Shown here: one piece after another, positions 27,178 through 28,033 of the stretch
How the letters are laid out: every line of letters begins with the position of its first letter
Numbering within the stretch: position 1 is the first letter of the stretch
Source: Pyrodictiaceae archaeon
Lineage (GTDB): Archaea; Thermoproteota; Thermoprotei_A; Sulfolobales; Pyrodictiaceae
Length of the DNA stretch: 28,033 nt
Direction: 5' to 3'
NCBI GenBank assembly: GCA_027043685.1
Contig: JALUFI010000267.1
Span: 1 to 28,033 of the forward strand
Translations under genes and position numbers: made by a program
Notes under the pieces: generated by a model
Seen by the model: the letters and a program-made list of their open reading frames with translations, nothing else
Told to the model about the DNA's origin: nothing
Databases searched by the model: none

Positions 27178-27603
27178 ATGGAGACGGGGCTACGCGAGTT
27201 TAACTCCCCTAAGAGCCTGCTTGCTTACATAGATGCGCAGCTAACTGATCTACGCAAGAAGCTCGGTGAGCTGCTACGGCTAATCGAGGACCTGCGGGCT
27301 AAGAGCGAGCAGGACAAGAAGCTGCGCAGCCTCATAATGAGTCTTGTCGGCAGTGAGGCTAAGATGACGCAGCCGGGTGAGACGGTGATAAAGCTGGACA
27401 GGATAACAATAATGATAAACCCGAGCGCAGAGACCGAGCTGCACACCATGGAGGAGCTTGCGGAATACATTAACTCTAAGATATCAAGGCTGCAAGCTAT
27501 AAGGAAGGATGTGGAGAAACTTGCAGAAGCCGATGTCGAGGCAAAGATACTCGCTGTACTGTATGACGGTATACCGAAGAGCTTAATCATACGAACCGCC
27601 TAA
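27178..27603 (+). CDS. Hypothetical coiled-coil protein
   Basis: Helix (LTDLRKKLGELLRLIEDLR), beta-hairpin (VIKLDRITIMINP), helix, terminal strands. Own promoter and SD. Confidence 0.75.
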   Translation: METGLREFNSPKSLLAYIDAQLTDLRKKLGELLRLIEDLRAKSEQDKKLRSLIMSLVGSEAKMTQPGETVIKLDRITIMINPSAETELHTMEELAEYINSKISRLQAIRKDVEKLAEADVEAKILAVLYDGIPKSLIIRTA

Positions 27604-27671
27604 CCCCCCTTTAAGGAGGAGGCTCTTCGCGGGAGCCGGTAACCCGGGTTTCTTGCGCGCCTAGGCGCGGG

Positions 27672-28033
27672 GTGCCGAAGCTGCTCGAATGGCTCCAGGG
27701 CGCCCTCGGCGCGATAGCCTCTGCTAACAAGGAGTATGTTGTTCTCGCTGTTCTCGTCTACATAGCCTCGACGTTCCTCTACGCCGCTCGTACCTATATT
27801 GTCTTCCATTGGTCCGGTATGGGGAGGCTTCGGTTCCGCGACGCCTATGCAGCCTACCTCGTCAACATATTCGTCAACAATATCACTCCGAGCGCGAGGG
27901 CGGGGGGCGAGCTTGTGAGAGCATACATTCTGCAGCGCAGCAGTGGCACAAGGCTAGTCAACGTGATAAACTTGATCGCCTTTGAACGTGTGACTGAGGC
28001 GATAGCTGTCGCTGCCCTCGCGGTACTGGCTCT
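27672..28033 (+). CDS. UPF0104 / lysylphosphatidylglycerol synthase TM (flippase-like) protein, partial
   Basis: Not in the ORF track. Manual translation from GTG 27672 gives MPKLLEW...FVNNITPSARAGGELVRAY...FERVTE. Runs off the window end. Confidence 0.85.
   Translation, partial: MPKLLEWLQGALGAIASANKEYVVLAVLVYIASTFLYAARTYIVFHWSGMGRLRFRDAYAAYLVNIFVNNITPSARAGGELVRAYILQRSSGTRLVNVINLIAFERVTEAIAVAALAVLA

Noticed and set aside
301-27590. Numerous short or antisense ORFs in the track (e.g. 2248-2787, 7820-8326, 10264-11070, 13265-13894, 22682-23437, 27225-27590)
   Set aside because: They shadow well-supported genes, are Arg/Pro/Ser/Gly-rich and show no motifs, as expected in GC-rich DNA.
27600-27809. 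69-aa minus-strand ORF
   Set aside because: Antisense to the UPF0104 gene, which carries a recognisable motif.

Overview
GC-rich archaeal window, most consistent with Thermoproteota (Desulfurococcales, possibly Pyrodictiaceae). This is inferred from eS25, a DUF2208-like protein, PriL, NucS, Taw1, BHB-intron tRNA, TATA promoters and frequent GTG/TTG starts. About 1-19,960 is housekeeping: pncB, ogt, taw1, gcvPA/PB, PfkB kinase, metG, UPF0282 hydrolase, Sfm1-like SPOUT methyltransferase, rqc2, rps25e, priL and nucS. It also holds tRNA-iMet(CAT), an intron-containing tRNA-Thr(CGT), and at least one well-supported unannotated C/D-box sRNA. From about 19,960 the GC content drops in sampled lines. 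This block encodes a type IV pilus/T2SS ATPase plus platform protein, transcribed divergently from a 1111-aa membrane-anchored surface protein, a coiled-coil protein and a partial UPF0104 membrane protein. Other notable points are an Asp in place of a conserved Fe-S Cys ligand in Taw1, two genes that appear to need CTG starts, a possible ribosome-rescue neighbourhood and an N-terminally short eS25. No CRISPR array, integrase or transposase was seen. All family calls are by motif recognition, not database search.
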